Shown here in pieces: positions 62,298-64,000 of a stretch of DNA of 64,000 bases. A program made the translations under genes and the position numbers. The stretch's first letter is position 1. The number at the start of each line of letters is the position of its first letter. Location: IMG/VR virus record IMGVR_UViG_3300026488_000015, positions 64,001-128,000 of that record; one strand, 5' to 3'. The notes beneath the pieces are model-generated. The model did no database searches. It saw only the letters and a program-made list of their open reading frames with translations, and was not told where the DNA came from. Source of the stretch: a virus.

Positions 62298-63109
62298 AAA
62301 AAGTCACCTGGATTATTTTCTTTAAAATCTTCTAAAAGAACATCACCAGTAATACTAAGCATTTCATTAACGATTGCTGTTTTCGAGACCGTGTGGAATT
62401 CGAAATATTCACAACCACCATACCAATCACTTTCAGAATCATCTTCAACCTCTACAAGATGAGAATATCTATCAAAAATATCAGAGTCATCGAGACCCGT
62501 GAGTTTATATACGAAATCGAAAAATTCATAGAAATTATCTCTTGCTATCTTAGGTTCTTCATCAGGTTCAGTAGGAGTATATGTAGTATTTTCATCATCC
62601 CAGCAAGTAGCATAAGTGCTTCCTCCAGCATCCCAATGTTCTGAATTCAGTATATCTGAACCCGATTCATCTAGGTGGACTAATATACTAGGAACTAATA
62701 ATCCAGAACCTCCAGTGATGCACTTTTCTGCACTTATATGAGAATCAAATCTTATATTTTTTATTGAATGCGTAGAGAGTTTTGTGCGTTCTCCCGTACT
62801 GAATCTATATCTATCATTTGCTAAACAAGTCTCTAAGGGTGTATCGAATTTTATGAATTTGCATCTGTTAAGCGGAAGAAGATTAGTTAGCAATAATCCA
62901 GTTTTGTCTGGAAATAATCCGTCAATAAGAACTGTGCTATCTTCAGAATAAGGAAGAGATTTTAGAGTTTCTGCTAATGCTTCTAAATCATTATGGTTGA
63001 ACATAAATTCATCAGCATCAAATCTGAATACATTTGTTTTTAATGCTTGTTCTTTAGACCAGTATGTTTTTCCTGAACCAGGTAAACCGATTAATATTTC
63101 GTAATTCAT
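62282..63109 (-). CDS. P-loop kinase (polynucleotide kinase-like N-terminal domain) with acidic C-terminal domain
   Basis: ILIGLPGSGKT, VLIDG, FDTPLETCLAND..R. Confidence 0.7.
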   Translation of the reverse strand: MNYEILIGLPGSGKTYWSKEQALKTNVFRFDADEFMFNHNDLEALAETLKSLPYSEDSTVLIDGLFPDKTGLLLTNLLPLNRCKFIKFDTPLETCLANDRYRFSTGERTKLSTHSIKNIRFDSHISAEKCITGGSGLLVPSILVHLDESGSDILNSEHWDAGGSTYATCWDDENTTYTPTEPDEEPKIARDNFYEFFDFVYKLTGLDDSDIFDRYSHLVEVEDDSESDWYGGCEYFEFHTVSKTAIVNEMLSITGDVLLEDFKENNPGDFLCLTL

Positions 63110-63130
63110 TTCTTTCCTTTACAAACTAGA

Positions 63131-64000
63131 TTAAACTAGTTTGATTTTTTTCACTATTCTCGCGAACACTTCTTTTGATGTAGGCTCTTTAACCCAAGTG
63201 TTGAAGTTCTTGCTATCAGTTTTCTTGATGTTCGTGATGAACGCTGTAGCAACTTCGATTGGACAACCATAACATAAGTGATTCAGTAAAGTCCACTTAC
63301 CTTTCTCTAATGACAATGCATAAACTTCCTCAACCAAGTTGTTAATTACTGGCTGTTCTTGGTTGTCTAATAGTTTAGCAATCAAACCGTAAGATGCATC
63401 TAAGTTTTGTGCATTCGTGTTAGTTTTCTTAACCACAGACTTAACTGCTCTAGTAATATCATCAACACCAATCATATCAGAATGATTCTTATAAAAATTT
63501 AAGAATTCAGTACCTACAGCACGACCTAAACGACCTCTTAAAAGAGTGTAGAGTGCTGGATTATCTTTACCTGAGTTACCTAAATTATCAAGCAATGTTG
63601 AAACTTTTGCCCAAGCTCTTGGTGATGTACCGTGTGAACTATCTTCAGGTGAGAAGTGAATCATCTTCGGGTTCTTAGCAATGTATTTTAAAATAACATT
63701 ATTTACACCTGATTTACGGGCCCAAATTAGCCATTCTTCGGCATCAGGCTTAATCTCGATTGGTCCAACGAATCTGTCAATAAGTGCATCATCCATTTCA
63801 TTCGTTTGATAATCACCAGTTGGATTACCTGCAGCGATAATCATCGTTTCTACACCGTTATATGTAGGCAATTGATGCTCGTGAATTTGTTTATCGAGAA
63901 CTAACTGCAATGCTGCTTGTAAAACATCTGATTGAGCACGATTAATTTCATCTAAGAATAAAGAACAAGCTTTACCTGCTTTGTTTGCATCATACATTCT
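63131..64000 (-). CDS. MoxR-type AAA+ ATPase (N-terminus outside the window)
   Basis: LFLDEINRA Walker B, IAAGNP, MDDALIDRF, SPRAW; typical partner of DUF2201/vWA. Confidence 0.88.
   Translation of the reverse strand, partial: RMYDANKAGKACSLFLDEINRAQSDVLQAALQLVLDKQIHEHQLPTYNGVETMIIAAGNPTGDYQTNEMDDALIDRFVGPIEIKPDAEEWLIWARKSGVNNVILKYIAKNPKMIHFSPEDSSHGTSPRAWAKVSTLLDNLGNSGKDNPALYTLLRGRLGRAVGTEFLNFYKNHSDMIGVDDITRAVKSVVKKTNTNAQNLDASYGLIAKLLDNQEQPVINNLVEEVYALSLEKGKWTLLNHLCYGCPIEVATAFITNIKKTDSKNFNTWVKEPTSKEVFARIVKKIKLV

Noticed and set aside
1-64000. tRNA, rRNA, integrase, transposase or homing endonuclease genes
   Set aside because: None recognised by eye and intergenic space is minimal; a tRNAscan/Infernal run would be needed to exclude small RNAs.

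Overview
This is a 64 kb segment of a large, AT-rich, T4-like myovirus genome, with almost all genes on the minus strand. The host is probably in Campylobacterota (Arcobacter/Sulfurimonas/Campylobacter-like). That inference rests on an MGFxINTN-type flagellin and on about 26 TG-extended -10 promoters with TTAAG upstream. Region 1-16.7 kb is morphogenesis: tape measure/hub with an M15 peptidase, baseplate hub assembly proteins, tail sheath, six tandem tail-tube-family genes, gp15, and small and large terminase. Region 16.6-22.7 kb is a late-promoter cluster of proteins bearing T4 internal-protein-like capsid-targeting N-termini, including an Acb1/gp57B 2H phosphoesterase, plus an endolysin and a thermonuclease. 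Region 22.7-64 kb is an accessory region of early-promoter cassettes: two RNA ligases, a CCA-type nucleotidyltransferase, RNase H, NAD kinase, an HD (ppGpp hydrolase-like) protein, Nudix, a phosphoesterase, a vWA/metallopeptidase with a MoxR-type AAA ATPase, and an inverted tail fibre gene. Four observations stand out. (1) A phage flagellin has a two-hairpin CsrA-type leader and a convergent FliS-like gene. (2) Fifteen otherwise unrelated early proteins share a C-terminal P-[H]-x-hydrophobic-hydrophobic tag, and an SspB-fold protein carries a variant of it. (3) Five late, mostly ankyrin-like proteins share a C-terminal K-K-[LI]GKYADLL tag. (4) An anti-CBASS-like enzyme carries a capsid-targeting leader. 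All family calls are by eye from motifs; no searches were run.
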